A DNA stretch of 64,000 nucleotides from a bacterium (GCA_010028705.1 RHAI01000002.1:580-64579); one strand, 5' to 3'; positions 18,748 through 27,600 are shown, numbered from the stretch's first letter. The notes: generated by a model not told the origin, from the letters alone. Numbers and translations: made by a program.

Positions 18748-19035
18748 GTGACTCTAAAAATGAAAAAGTTATTCGTAGCCCTTTTCGCAGTTCTAGTAGC
18801 TGCTTCTGCGGTTGTTGCGTCGCCGAAAGCTGAAGCTAAAGCTGTTAAAGCTGAAGCTAAAACTGAAGCGAAAGCTGCTAAAACTGAAGCGAAAGCTGAA
18901 GCTAAAGCTGCTAAAACTGAAGTTAAAGCTGCTAAAACTGAAGCGAAAGCTGAAGCTAAAGCTGCAAAGACTGAAGCTAAAGCTGCTGAAAAGCAAGCTA
19001 AAGTTACAAGCTCTAAAAAAGCAGCTTCTAAGTAA
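18748..19035 (+). CDS. Small secreted Lys/Ala/Glu-rich tandem-repeat protein
   Basis: Strong ribosome-binding site AGGAGGT 8 nt upstream. Signal peptide MKKLFVALFAVLVAASAVVA|SPKAEA. The mature ~70 aa consist of alternating 7- and 11-residue units (KTEAKAA / KTEAKAEAKAA), giving an 18-residue super-repeat. A terminator follows. Confidence 0.6.
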   Translation: MTLKMKKLFVALFAVLVAASAVVASPKAEAKAVKAEAKTEAKAAKTEAKAEAKAAKTEVKAAKTEAKAEAKAAKTEAKAAEKQAKVTSSKKAASK

Positions 19036-19059
19036 GCTGTTTTCGGATTATCCGAACGT

Positions 19060-19093
19060 CACTAAGCCGGGAGAAATCCCGGTTTATTCGTTT
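19060..19093. terminator. Bidirectional terminator between convergent genes
   Basis: CCGGGA-gaaa-TCCCGG hairpin with a GNRA tetraloop followed by TTTATTCGTTT. It is preceded by a second small hairpin, TTCGGAttaTCCGAA. Confidence 0.55.
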
Positions 19094-19095
19094 AA

Positions 19096-19602
19096 TTAAA
19101 CCCCTAAATCTTCCAGTAATGCAGTGATTCGGAGCCGAAGTTCATTCATTTCGCGGCCACTGATTGACGCCCCGTTCCATACATCGTGGTTAATTTTATC
19201 TATCTCTTCATGGTCTACGTGTAAGTTGCTTTCGGTTGGGAATTGGGAATAGCAGGTGGCGTAGAGGCGGCTCAACGCGTGATAATGCTCTATGTTTGTA
19301 TTCGAGGGTGATCCAAAAAGTGACCCCCACGGTCCATCGTTTGAGTTCGTCGGATCGTCAACGTTCATTAACTTAGTTTCGGATTGATAATGGTTGTACG
19401 CTGAGCGGACAGTCTCAATATTTCTAGCACCGACCGGACAACCCGCTTCCAGATGATCCATTAAGATATTGTGGAGGTGATTATTAAATACGTCTCCAAA
19501 TTTTTTAAGACTTGATTCGGATGTGTTTTCGTTTGGTGGTGGATCGCGAAATATTGAATTGTGATCAAACGAGTAGATGTTTCCGCTAAATAACTCTGAC
19601 AT
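19096..19602 (-). CDS. Hypothetical protein (168 aa, His-rich motifs, no recognisable domain)
   Basis: ATG with a strong ribosome-binding site GGGGGAGA. No TM or signal. Contains HLHNILMDH and HVDHEEIDKINHD, which could be metal-binding. Confidence 0.5.
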   Translation of the reverse strand: MSELFSGNIYSFDHNSIFRDPPPNENTSESSLKKFGDVFNNHLHNILMDHLEAGCPVGARNIETVRSAYNHYQSETKLMNVDDPTNSNDGPWGSLFGSPSNTNIEHYHALSRLYATCYSQFPTESNLHVDHEEIDKINHDVWNGASISGREMNELRLRITALLEDLGV

Positions 19603-19870
19603 ATCTCCCCCTATTTAAGCATTCAGTATTATATAGCCGCCGATAGTTGTTCATCGTTTCAAACGTCTGAATATCGCTTCACACATTGCAATTCCTTACA
19701 ATATCATTTGGCTGCCATCGACTGTTGAGAGGTTTCCGAATTAATACTATCCTCGACAAATTTCCCAAATTCTACAAAGATTATTCATCGAAAAAATTCG
19801 TTTTTTAGTGGTGTTTGGGTGTAGAATCGGAGGGGAATCCTATGCTAACCTCAAAAACAGGAGGTAATTT

Positions 19871-20243
19871 TATGATTTGGAGACACATTTCTATGGATAT
19901 ACTACGAATAATTCAAAACCCTGAAGCATTTGATCGGTTTACTGAAGGGACTTATAAGCTTCTTGAAACCTGTCAAACAAGTCAGCTTTTAGTGACAAGC
20001 CCACCGAATAGTCAGGTGAAATATGAGATGATGGTGTGGCCAGACCATATAAAAATGAGAATCATCCGAAATGGATCAGAGTCTAAATATTCATGGTCTA
20101 AAGGGAAGGCTGATTTGTCCGTAAACGGGAATCCTATACCCACAACCAATGAAAATTTTCTTCGTGCAATGGTGACAATTTTTCAGGATGTCAAAAATGA
20201 GCAAGCCGGACTGTTAAAGGCTAAAGAGTCGACGCATCACTAA
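19871..20243 (+). CDS. Hypothetical protein (124 aa)
   Basis: AGGAGGT ribosome-binding site 7 nt before ATG 19871. The track ORF from 19815 probably begins too early. Divergent from the 19096..19602 gene across an AT-rich 268-nt spacer. Confidence 0.4.
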
Positions 20244-20970
20244 CCCGGGTGTCGGCAATCCAGCGAAGATAATCCAGGCTTCCACTTGAAATATCGGTTG
20301 CCTGGATTTCCGGCAAATCATACGGGTGCTGGGCCCTGATCATTGACTCTATTGCCGAAAACATATCTTTTCTTGATTTGATAGTTAATCGCCATTCGGT
20401 AGCCACCTCGATTTGACCGTGCCATTCGTAAATACTTCGTATCGGTTCGAATTGAACACAGCGTGATACATTGGACTGAACTAATCGATTCGCAATTAAT
20501 AACGCTAATTCCTCGTTTGGCACAGTAGTTTGAATTAAAATCGTCGGTGGCACCATATGGCTCTGAATAGTGTTCCGGTGGGATATTAAAAATTCCCGAT
20601 CCGCATCATTGGTTAAAATGGTGTGTGCCAGATCAAACGGTACCCATATAGGGAAGGAACGATCTATTTCACAGCTCCCAAGAACTGGGGTTCGCGAAAT
20701 AAATAAAAAAACGGTTATTTCTTTTAGTTCTCGAGTGTCGTCCCCACCATCTTTGGCAATTTTGTACCGCGAATATTGGCCGAGCGGTAAGATGTAATCC
20801 AATGTAGTGAGGCCCGTTTCTTCAGAAATTTCGCGATAAGCCGTGGCGAGGAGATCTTCTCCCTCGTCGCGATGTCCTTTGGGTAAACTCCAGCTATTTC
20901 GGTTTTGATTGACGATTAATAAATGATCCTGCCAAATAACGACTCCGGCGGCGCACTGGCTAATAATCAT
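20221..20970 (-). CDS. Nudix hydrolase fused to a CutA1 divalent-cation-tolerance domain
   Basis: Nudix box GHRDEGEDLLATAYREISEETGL (G-x5-E-x7-REUxEExGU). The C-terminal ~105 aa match CutA1: VQFEPIRSIYEWHGQIEVATEWRLTIKSRKDMFSAIESMIRAQHPYDLPEIQATDISSGSLDYLRWI. Confidence 0.7.
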   Translation of the reverse strand: MIISQCAAGVVIWQDHLLIVNQNRNSWSLPKGHRDEGEDLLATAYREISEETGLTTLDYILPLGQYSRYKIAKDGGDDTRELKEITVFLFISRTPVLGSCEIDRSFPIWVPFDLAHTILTNDADREFLISHRNTIQSHMVPPTILIQTTVPNEELALLIANRLVQSNVSRCVQFEPIRSIYEWHGQIEVATEWRLTIKSRKDMFSAIESMIRAQHPYDLPEIQATDISSGSLDYLRWIADTRVSDASTL

Positions 20971-20973
20971 GGC

Positions 20974-22656
20974 TTAAAAGCGATCAGTCACTGCACCTTC
21001 AGATGCCGACGTTACCGTTTGAGCATATTTTGCCAGAACCCCTCGGGTATACCGGGGTGTGGGGCGGGTCCAGCGGCGCAATCGTTGGTTAATTTCGGTG
21101 TCGTCACAATGAAGAGTTACCTGGCTTTTTTCGGCATCAATTGAGATTGTATCCCCATCTTGCACAATGGCAATTGGGCCGCCTTCAAATGCTTCGGGCG
21201 TGATGTGACCGACCACAAAGCCATGAGTTCCACCCGAAAAGCGACCGTCGGTAATTAGCGCCACATCTTTTCCGAGACCTTTACCCATTACCGCTGATGT
21301 TGGACTCAGCATTTCCCGCATTCCAGGCCCACCTTTGGGCCCCTCATATCGAATAACAATAACGTCCCCGGCAGCAATAGTTCCATTTAGGATAGCTGCA
21401 AGCGCGTCTTCTTCGGCGTCAAATACACGCGCCGTACCCTTAAACGACAAGCCTTCCTTCCCAGAAATTTTTGCGACAGAACCTCCAGGTGCCAAGTTGC
21501 CGTAGCAAATAACCAAATGGCTGTTCTTTTTGATGGGAGTGGATATTGGAACCACAACATCCTGGTTAATCGGATAATGTGGCGCATCAACCAGATTTTC
21601 GGCCAATGTCTTGCCGGTAACGGTTAGACAGTCTCCGTGTAGCAAACCGGCGTCGAGTAGCATTTTTAAAAGTGGGGTTAATCCTCCGATTTCAACCAAT
21701 TTTGCCATCGAATATTTTCCGCTGGGCCGTAGATCTGCCAATACCGGGGTCCTTGCGCCGATTCGTGTGAAATCGTCAATAGATAAGTCCACCTCGGCGG
21801 CATGGGCAATCGCCAGTAAGTGGAGCACCGCATTCGTCGAACCCCCGAGGGCAATGACGACGGTAATTGCATTCTCAAAGGCTTTTTTTGTAAGGATATC
21901 GCGGGGTCGGATATTTTTTTCGATCAGCCGTAACACTGCTTCTCCTGCTGAATGACAGTCCTTCCGTTTGGCATCTGAGATGGCGGCTTGGGCCGAACTA
22001 TTGGGTAAACTTAGTCCCAGCGCTTCGATTGCCGAAGCCATGGTATTTGCCGTATACATCCCGCCGCACGAGCCAGGTCCGGGAATGGCGCAGCTTTCGA
22101 TTTCATGGAGGGTCGAATCATCAATCTTAAGATTTGCGTGGGCACCAACAGCCTCAAATACGGATACAACATCGAGACTCTTTCCGTTTAAACATCCCGG
22201 CATTATCGTTCCGCCGTATACGAATACCGATGGTCGATTCAACCGTGCCATCGCGATGACGCATCCCGGCATATTTTTATCGCAGCCACCGATCGTCACA
22301 AATCCGTCATATCCTTGGCACCCAATAACGGTTTCAATTGAGTCGGCGATGACCTCACGTGATACCAAAGAATATTTCATTCCCTCAGTACCCATCGATA
22401 TGCCATCCGAGATAGTAATCGTGTTAAAAATAATTCCTTTCCCGCCGGCAGAATTGATCCCCTGTTCCACTTCAACCGCGAGATGGTTGATGTGCATGTT
22501 GCACGGCGTTACCATGGCCCAGGTTGAGGCCACCCCAACTTGAGGCTTTGTAAAATCGGTGTCGTTGAAGCCGACAGCACGAAGCATGGCTCTTGACGGG
22601 GCGCGGTCGGCGCCGTCAACAACTTGAGATGAAAATTCACGAGTTGAACTGGACAT
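20974..22656 (-). CDS. ilvD: Dihydroxy-acid dehydratase
   Basis: 560 aa, full-length colinearity with IlvD: [46 protein letters not shown], Fe-S cysteine ligands. Confidence 0.9.
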   Translation of the reverse strand: MSSSTREFSSQVVDGADRAPSRAMLRAVGFNDTDFTKPQVGVASTWAMVTPCNMHINHLAVEVEQGINSAGGKGIIFNTITISDGISMGTEGMKYSLVSREVIADSIETVIGCQGYDGFVTIGGCDKNMPGCVIAMARLNRPSVFVYGGTIMPGCLNGKSLDVVSVFEAVGAHANLKIDDSTLHEIESCAIPGPGSCGGMYTANTMASAIEALGLSLPNSSAQAAISDAKRKDCHSAGEAVLRLIEKNIRPRDILTKKAFENAITVVIALGGSTNAVLHLLAIAHAAEVDLSIDDFTRIGARTPVLADLRPSGKYSMAKLVEIGGLTPLLKMLLDAGLLHGDCLTVTGKTLAENLVDAPHYPINQDVVVPISTPIKKNSHLVICYGNLAPGGSVAKISGKEGLSFKGTARVFDAEEDALAAILNGTIAAGDVIVIRYEGPKGGPGMREMLSPTSAVMGKGLGKDVALITDGRFSGGTHGFVVGHITPEAFEGGPIAIVQDGDTISIDAEKSQVTLHCDDTEINQRLRRWTRPTPRYTRGVLAKYAQTVTSASEGAVTDRF

Positions 22657-22772
22657 ATCTTAACTCCTTGGGGGCCTTTATTCAGGATCGTTTAAAATTA
22701 TTACTGATTTGGTGTAAGATAACCTCTTCGGTTGATTTTCACAATTTTTCTATCTTAGGAGGAAGCAGACGC

Positions 22773-23612
22773 ATGTCGAAGAATAAAGTTATAGGAGCCG
22801 TTCTAGCATCGATTATCGGTGCATCGCTTGTCGGATGTAATTTTGGTAAAGGATCAGACACTGTCGCCACGATTGGTGGAACGAAAATTACCGTACAAGA
22901 TTTGAACGATCGGATCGCTACATTTCCCGCAAACTATCAGCAGGCGCTGCAAAATAAAGACAATAAACTCAAAGTGCTCGATCAAATGATCGACGAAGAG
23001 GTTGTGCTCGAGGCGGCTCGGCGGCAAGGATTTGATAAAAATAAGGAATTGCAAAAACAGATTAAATCTAGCGAGCGGCAAATGCTTCTAAATTTTTATG
23101 TCCAGGAAAAAATTGATAAGACGATCAACGTGACGGATCAGGATCTTCGGAATTATTACAGTGCCAATAGCTCCCAATTCAAGGAGGCGGAACTTCGGCA
23201 CTTGAGTCATATTTTAGTGAAAACTCAAGCTGAGGCGAACGATATATTGGCGAGTTTAAAAGCCGGGAAAGATTTTGCGGCCCTTGCTAAAGCTAAATCC
23301 CAGGACACGACCGCCCAAAGTGGTGGCCAGTTAGGATGGGTTCAGCATGGCCAATTGGTTCCAGCTTTTGAGCAGGCTGCCTTTGCAATACCAAAAAAAG
23401 GTGGCTTGTCGGGGATCGTTCAGACTCAATTTGGATTCCATATTATTCGCCTGGACGATATTCGTACCCGTCCGCGATATGAATTTGAACAGGTCAAAGA
23501 GCAAATTCGTCAAATGGCCACCAACGAAAAGAAAAAGACTTTGACTACCGAGATGCTGGCAACCCTTAAAAAAGACATCAAAGTTCAACGTAAAGATGAA
23601 GCGGTAAAGTAG
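22773..23612 (+). CDS. Parvulin (PpiC)-type peptidyl-prolyl isomerase lipoprotein, PrsA/SurA-like foldase
   Basis: GGAGG ribosome-binding site then ATG 22773. Lipobox SLVGC. SurA-like N-terminal chaperone region. Parvulin domain HILVKTQAEANDILASLKAGKDFAALAKA...GGQLGWVQHGQLVPAFEQAAF...FGFHIIRLDD. Confidence 0.75.
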   Translation: MSKNKVIGAVLASIIGASLVGCNFGKGSDTVATIGGTKITVQDLNDRIATFPANYQQALQNKDNKLKVLDQMIDEEVVLEAARRQGFDKNKELQKQIKSSERQMLLNFYVQEKIDKTINVTDQDLRNYYSANSSQFKEAELRHLSHILVKTQAEANDILASLKAGKDFAALAKAKSQDTTAQSGGQLGWVQHGQLVPAFEQAAFAIPKKGGLSGIVQTQFGFHIIRLDDIRTRPRYEFEQVKEQIRQMATNEKKKTLTTEMLATLKKDIKVQRKDEAVK

Positions 23613-23627
23613 GCGCCGTGTCGACTT

Positions 23628-23654
23628 GGTAGCTAGGCGTTAAGCCTAGCTACC
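23628..23654. other. Perfect 11-bp inverted repeat (GGTAGCTAGGC-gttaa-GCCTAGCTACC)
   Basis: Read directly from the sequence between the PPIase stop and the ispE start. No T-tract follows. Confidence 0.5.
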
Positions 23655-23662
23655 CGTCGGGG

Positions 23663-24517
23663 TTGATATTGAAAACTGTTGTCAAATCATTTGCGAAATT
23701 AAACTTGTCCTTGAGGGTATATCGCCCTCGCTCAGATGGCTATCACCCGATCTATTCAGTGTTTCAAGAAATATCGCTCCACGATGAGCTCCTCATTGAG
23801 CCAATCTCCGTTCCGGTATGTCAAGTCCGTGTCCCCGGATCCGAATTAGATGGTAAACTCAATATTTTAAATCGATGTTTTGATGTGTTTAGGCCCCACT
23901 TATCCGAACATGCTGGCGTGTCAATCAATATTGTTAAGCGAATACCAATGGGGGCTGGGTTAGGTGGCGGGAGCTCCAATGCCGGCGCTCTCATTAGCTG
24001 GTGGGTCGCGACTCGCCGGCTGACTTTATCATCGGAAATGTTGGTTGGACTGGCGGCTACTGTAGGGGCGGACGTCCCATTTTTTCTCACCGGTGGAACC
24101 GCCATCGTACAGGGTATTGGTGAACAGGTTCAGTCGACTGACATCCCTGTCCCCGAGTGGTATGTCTTGGTCAACCCAAACAAGGTGTCGGACACCCGGA
24201 CGGTCTACGAGTGGTTTGATACCCGGTTTCCTAATGCCCCGGATGTTGCGGCTACTGAGCCTAATGCGGTGCCAGTGGTATTCGGTGAAAATAGTTTTGA
24301 AACAGTGGTCTGGGAATTGATTCCCGAGTTATCGGTTTTAGGGGGGTGGTCGATGGCTACATTTGGCAAACAAGCCCGATTGTCGGGTTCGGGAGCGACG
24401 GTTTTTTTTGAATTTTCCGACTACCAGGCGGCTCAACAGTTTATGGGGGCTGTGGGGGCACAATTTCCCACCATGTGGACATCGCTAGTATACCCAGTCG
24501 GTCGGGAGAAAAATTAA
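23663..24517 (+). CDS. ispE: 4-diphosphocytidyl-2-C-methyl-D-erythritol kinase
   Basis: TTG start. N-terminal AKLNLSLRVY. GHMP-kinase motif PMGAGLGGGSSNAGALI. 284 aa. Confidence 0.8.
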   Translation: MILKTVVKSFAKLNLSLRVYRPRSDGYHPIYSVFQEISLHDELLIEPISVPVCQVRVPGSELDGKLNILNRCFDVFRPHLSEHAGVSINIVKRIPMGAGLGGGSSNAGALISWWVATRRLTLSSEMLVGLAATVGADVPFFLTGGTAIVQGIGEQVQSTDIPVPEWYVLVNPNKVSDTRTVYEWFDTRFPNAPDVAATEPNAVPVVFGENSFETVVWELIPELSVLGGWSMATFGKQARLSGSGATVFFEFSDYQAAQQFMGAVGAQFPTMWTSLVYPVGREKN

Positions 24518-24607
24518 TCGACGACTGGATCATAACGGACTAATATAAAATGCAAGTTTTCTATTTTTTTTTACGATTACGGAAAAAAAAGACGGAGTTT
24601 ACAACGA

Positions 24608-25168
24608 ATGTCACCACTTAAATTAGTAATCCGAGGGGTAGTTTTACTCTCCATCCTAATGGTGGGCCGGTATACGTTTTCTGACTCTTATTTCGGGGGG
24701 GGGGAGATGTCCATTAACGATGGCCTAGTCTATAAACGTAGTTTGAATGCTAACTCGTACGGTCGAGGCTATGTCGGGATTGGACTATCGAATCCTACTC
24801 AGAACTTTGTCGTAAACGGTAGTGTTTTGGTGAGCGGCAACGTACTCAACTCCGAGCATTCGTATGCCGACGTTGGTAGTGGCGGAACCCTCACTCTTGA
24901 TTTGTCGGCTGGGAACCTGCAATGCGTGACGATTAACGGTACCGTCTCGCTCCAGATTACTAACCGTCCAAACGCGGCCGCACTTTACCGTATAACCATT
25001 GGAGGCCTTAATAATCCATCTATTAATTTTGGACAGTTGATTAAATTCCCGGAATCCCAGATTCCCATTCTTGCTACGAGTAATTGTTTGTACCTTTTTT
25101 ATGATGGGGCAACGAGCGAAAATGGATCGGATACGTTGTATGGCATACGAGAGTTGGGGCCCGAATGA
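24608..25168 (+). CDS. Secreted/anchored hypothetical protein, paralogue A of a tandem triad (tail-fibre-like motifs)
   Basis: N-terminal signal-anchor VIRGVVLLSILMVG. Motifs YVGIGLSNP, VLVSGNV, LDLSAGNLQCVTING...LQITNRPN, C-terminal CLYLFYDG. Shares architecture with the next two ORFs. Confidence 0.5.
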   Translation: MSPLKLVIRGVVLLSILMVGRYTFSDSYFGGGEMSINDGLVYKRSLNANSYGRGYVGIGLSNPTQNFVVNGSVLVSGNVLNSEHSYADVGSGGTLTLDLSAGNLQCVTINGTVSLQITNRPNAAALYRITIGGLNNPSINFGQLIKFPESQIPILATSNCLYLFYDGATSENGSDTLYGIRELGPE

Positions 25169-25749
25169 ACGCTTTTCGTACGTGCCTGAAATTCCTAATC
25201 GTTACCTTATTCATTCAGGGGGTGATCTTTGCAACCCATAGCACAGAGGGGCGCCTCGATGACACGTCGTTTGCTATTGAGGATGTTGGTTTCGCCGTCA
25301 ACGGAAGCCGTGTTGGGATTGGGACTAACAATGTCGGGGGGGAAACGCTGGAAGTTCGAGGTACAACCCGTTTGTCGGGATTGGTGACTTACCTCAATAA
25401 CCCCAGCTCCGAAGCAACAATTGATTGGACAAAGGGCAACTGTCAACGTGTCGTGATTTCCAATGATGGTCCGATAGGTATCATATTCGCAGCTAATCCT
25501 ACGACTGACGCCAACCTGATCCTGTCGGTAGCGTACGAGACTGACTCTCCTGGGAAAATGACGGTGAGTCTGGATCCCAATTTATCGGGTACTGGCTTGA
25601 AATGGGCGCGCAATGTGAGTATGAACAGCGTCGCTCCGATTAGTCACAATATTGATGTGCTCCGGTTCTCGTATCGGAAGTCGAAGTCCTTGTATCCGAA
25701 GGGTGAGTATTTCGGCTATGCCACGTTTTGGTATCGGGCGCCGCAATGA
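25165..25749 (+). CDS. Secreted hypothetical protein, paralogue B
   Basis: Signal LKFLIVTLFIQGVIFA. VGIGTNNVGGETLEVRGT (tail-fibre-like G-I-G-T...L.V.G). IDWTKGNCQRVVISNDGPIGIIFAANP. ATGA overlap with A. Confidence 0.5.
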   Translation: MNAFRTCLKFLIVTLFIQGVIFATHSTEGRLDDTSFAIEDVGFAVNGSRVGIGTNNVGGETLEVRGTTRLSGLVTYLNNPSSEATIDWTKGNCQRVVISNDGPIGIIFAANPTTDANLILSVAYETDSPGKMTVSLDPNLSGTGLKWARNVSMNSVAPISHNIDVLRFSYRKSKSLYPKGEYFGYATFWYRAPQ

Positions 25750-26312
25750 ACAGGCTGTTGAGAGTTGTTTTACTGATTATTACCGTGTTGGGCGTTGGTC
25801 GCCAGGTGATCGGGGTTAATTCCATGACACATAATGCGCTAACCCTAAGTTCAGGTAATGTGACGTATAAAAATGGGATGCTGGGCATCGGAATTACCTT
25901 TCCCATGGCGACAGTCCACGTCAGTGGCAATATTAAGTTTAGTACGGATAACAGTACTATAGCGAGTAGCAATGCATCCAACACCATTACATCCCGATTG
26001 GTAAAAGTAGTGGGAGGAAAAGTAGACTGGATTAAAGGCCATTTTCAAGAAGTCACTGTTGGTGGTGGGGCGGTTACGATGACCTTTGTTGATCCACCAG
26101 GCCCGTGCGGCCTCTTATTAAAAGTCAAGAGGACTGGGTCCTCGACACTGGCGTTTCCGGCGACAGTTTTGTGGCCGTATGCGAACCCCCTTGATCAGAC
26201 GTCATCTGAGCAAGGGGGTGGTTCGATCGCAAATCCAGTGGTTGATTTTGTGGGTTTTTACTTTGATGGTGTCAATTATTACGCTGACATGAACATTCTG
26301 TTTGGTAACTAG
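25728..26312 (+). CDS. Secreted hypothetical protein, paralogue C
   Basis: Signal LLRVVLLIITVLGVG. LGIGITFPMATVHVSGNI. VDWIKGHFQEVTVGGGAVTMTFVDPP. C-terminal FVGFYFDG. Overlaps B by 22 nt. Confidence 0.5.
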   Translation: MVSGAAMNRLLRVVLLIITVLGVGRQVIGVNSMTHNALTLSSGNVTYKNGMLGIGITFPMATVHVSGNIKFSTDNSTIASSNASNTITSRLVKVVGGKVDWIKGHFQEVTVGGGAVTMTFVDPPGPCGLLLKVKRTGSSTLAFPATVLWPYANPLDQTSSEQGGGSIANPVVDFVGFYFDGVNYYADMNILFGN

Positions 26313-26348
26313 TGTGAATCGGTTATTAGCGCATGTACCAGCGTCAAT

Positions 26349-27497
26349 GTGAGCCGCGACCGTATGTGTTTTTCACATTTTTTACTAGCGAAGATACATC
26401 GGTTTAATGCTAACGTGGCGGTGTTGCGTCTGGCTACCGTAGCGGTGGCCAGTCTTAGTGTTGCGGCGATGGATGTGGGTGCCGCGACACGCGACCTGAC
26501 AATCACTGGGAGTCCGATGGTGTTTTTCGACCGGACGCAGAATCCGACGGTGTCAATCGCCTCTAGGGTCACTGTAGCATCGGATCAACCGATTCAATAC
26601 GCGTCAGTGCGGATGTTTGGGTATGCCGGCCCGGACGACAAATTAGATATCAACCCGTATTATGCTCGACTGTCGTTATTTAATATCACATGGGATGCCG
26701 CGAAGCGAGAATTGAAAATACAAAAATCTGACAACAGTAATTTCTCTGGCTCCAATGATATCGCCAATTTAAATGAAGTGTTGAACCAATTGGTGTTTTT
26801 TTGGCCTGACAATAGTATCACCCACAATCCCACCCGCATGATTGAAATCAATCTTTGTGAGGCGAATAAGTCGTATGAACATCCTGATGGAACCTTGCAT
26901 TTTTACGACTATGTATCGTACAGCTCGAATTGGTCGAGCGCTAAAACCAATGCGGAAACAAAATATTATTATGGCAAGCGAGGGTACCTAGCCACGATCA
27001 CAGGAGTGGCTGAAAGTCAGTTTTCGAGAAAGCAAACAACGGCGACAGCTCAGGGATGGGCCGGAGGTAGTGATGCGGCGGTTGATGGCACATGGCGCTG
27101 GGTAACAGGCCCTGAAGGTTTGAGAATTAGTGGGAAAGATTCTCTGGCCGGTGCAGTATTTTGGGTCGGTAACTATACTCCGGGCGGAACTAAATATGTC
27201 GGTGACCTAATAGATTATGAGAACTGGAATGCCTCTGGCATAACATATACTGCGAGCGGGCACCGCAATACACCAACTATTCCTACGGAGCCAAACGGGG
27301 GCAATCATGCCGAAGATTATTTGCAGCTGGTTCCAGGGCAAGGTAACTCCGACTCAGAGGGGGTATGGAACGATCTGTCCGGGACGGCGACCTTGTCGGG
27401 ATACTTCATTGAATGGGGCGGAATGGGCGAGTCGGGAAACACAATCACGATTCACATTTTACCTTCAAATGCGTTTAAAAGCGCGATGGGAATGTGA
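26349..27497 (+). CDS. Secreted protein with a C-terminal C-type lectin-like domain (EPN and WND Ca/sugar-site motifs)
   Basis: Hydrophobic N-terminus (LRLATVAVASLSVAA). Residues ~210-375: YLATITGVAESQF...GWAGGSDAAVDGTWRWVTG...DYENWNASG...TEPNGGNHAEDYLQLV...GVWNDLSG...GYFIEWG. This matches the CTLD pattern WIGL.D...W.W.DG...NW..GEPN...EDC...WND....FICE, but without cysteines. Confidence 0.6.
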   Translation: MSRDRMCFSHFLLAKIHRFNANVAVLRLATVAVASLSVAAMDVGAATRDLTITGSPMVFFDRTQNPTVSIASRVTVASDQPIQYASVRMFGYAGPDDKLDINPYYARLSLFNITWDAAKRELKIQKSDNSNFSGSNDIANLNEVLNQLVFFWPDNSITHNPTRMIEINLCEANKSYEHPDGTLHFYDYVSYSSNWSSAKTNAETKYYYGKRGYLATITGVAESQFSRKQTTATAQGWAGGSDAAVDGTWRWVTGPEGLRISGKDSLAGAVFWVGNYTPGGTKYVGDLIDYENWNASGITYTASGHRNTPTIPTEPNGGNHAEDYLQLVPGQGNSDSEGVWNDLSGTATLSGYFIEWGGMGESGNTITIHILPSNAFKSAMGM

Positions 27498-27574
27498 CCC
27501 GCCTGAGTTGATTGCGTTGACGGGCGCGATTCTCACTTGATAGGATCTAATAATATTATTTCCACAGCAACTAA

Positions 27575-27600
27575 GTGGGCCGTCCCACTTTTTTGATTTT
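27575..27600 (+). terminator. Rho-independent terminator after the lectin gene
   Basis: GTGGG-ccgt-CCCAC followed by TTTTTTGATTTTTT. Confidence 0.65.

Noticed and set aside
18793-19099. ORFs 18793..18996 (-) and 18812..19099 (+) with low-complexity SFSF / LKLKLK translations
   Set aside because: They are frame-shifted and antisense readings of the Lys/Ala tandem repeat in the genuine 18748..19035 gene (which has a signal peptide and RBS). They are artefacts of nucleotide periodicity.
24608-27497. Prophage remnant (tail-fibre genes)
   Set aside because: The G-I-G-T...L.V.G motifs are tail-fibre-like, but all four proteins carry signal peptides. No capsid, portal, terminase, integrase or att-like repeats flank the block. 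The flanks are core genes (ispE, nusA).
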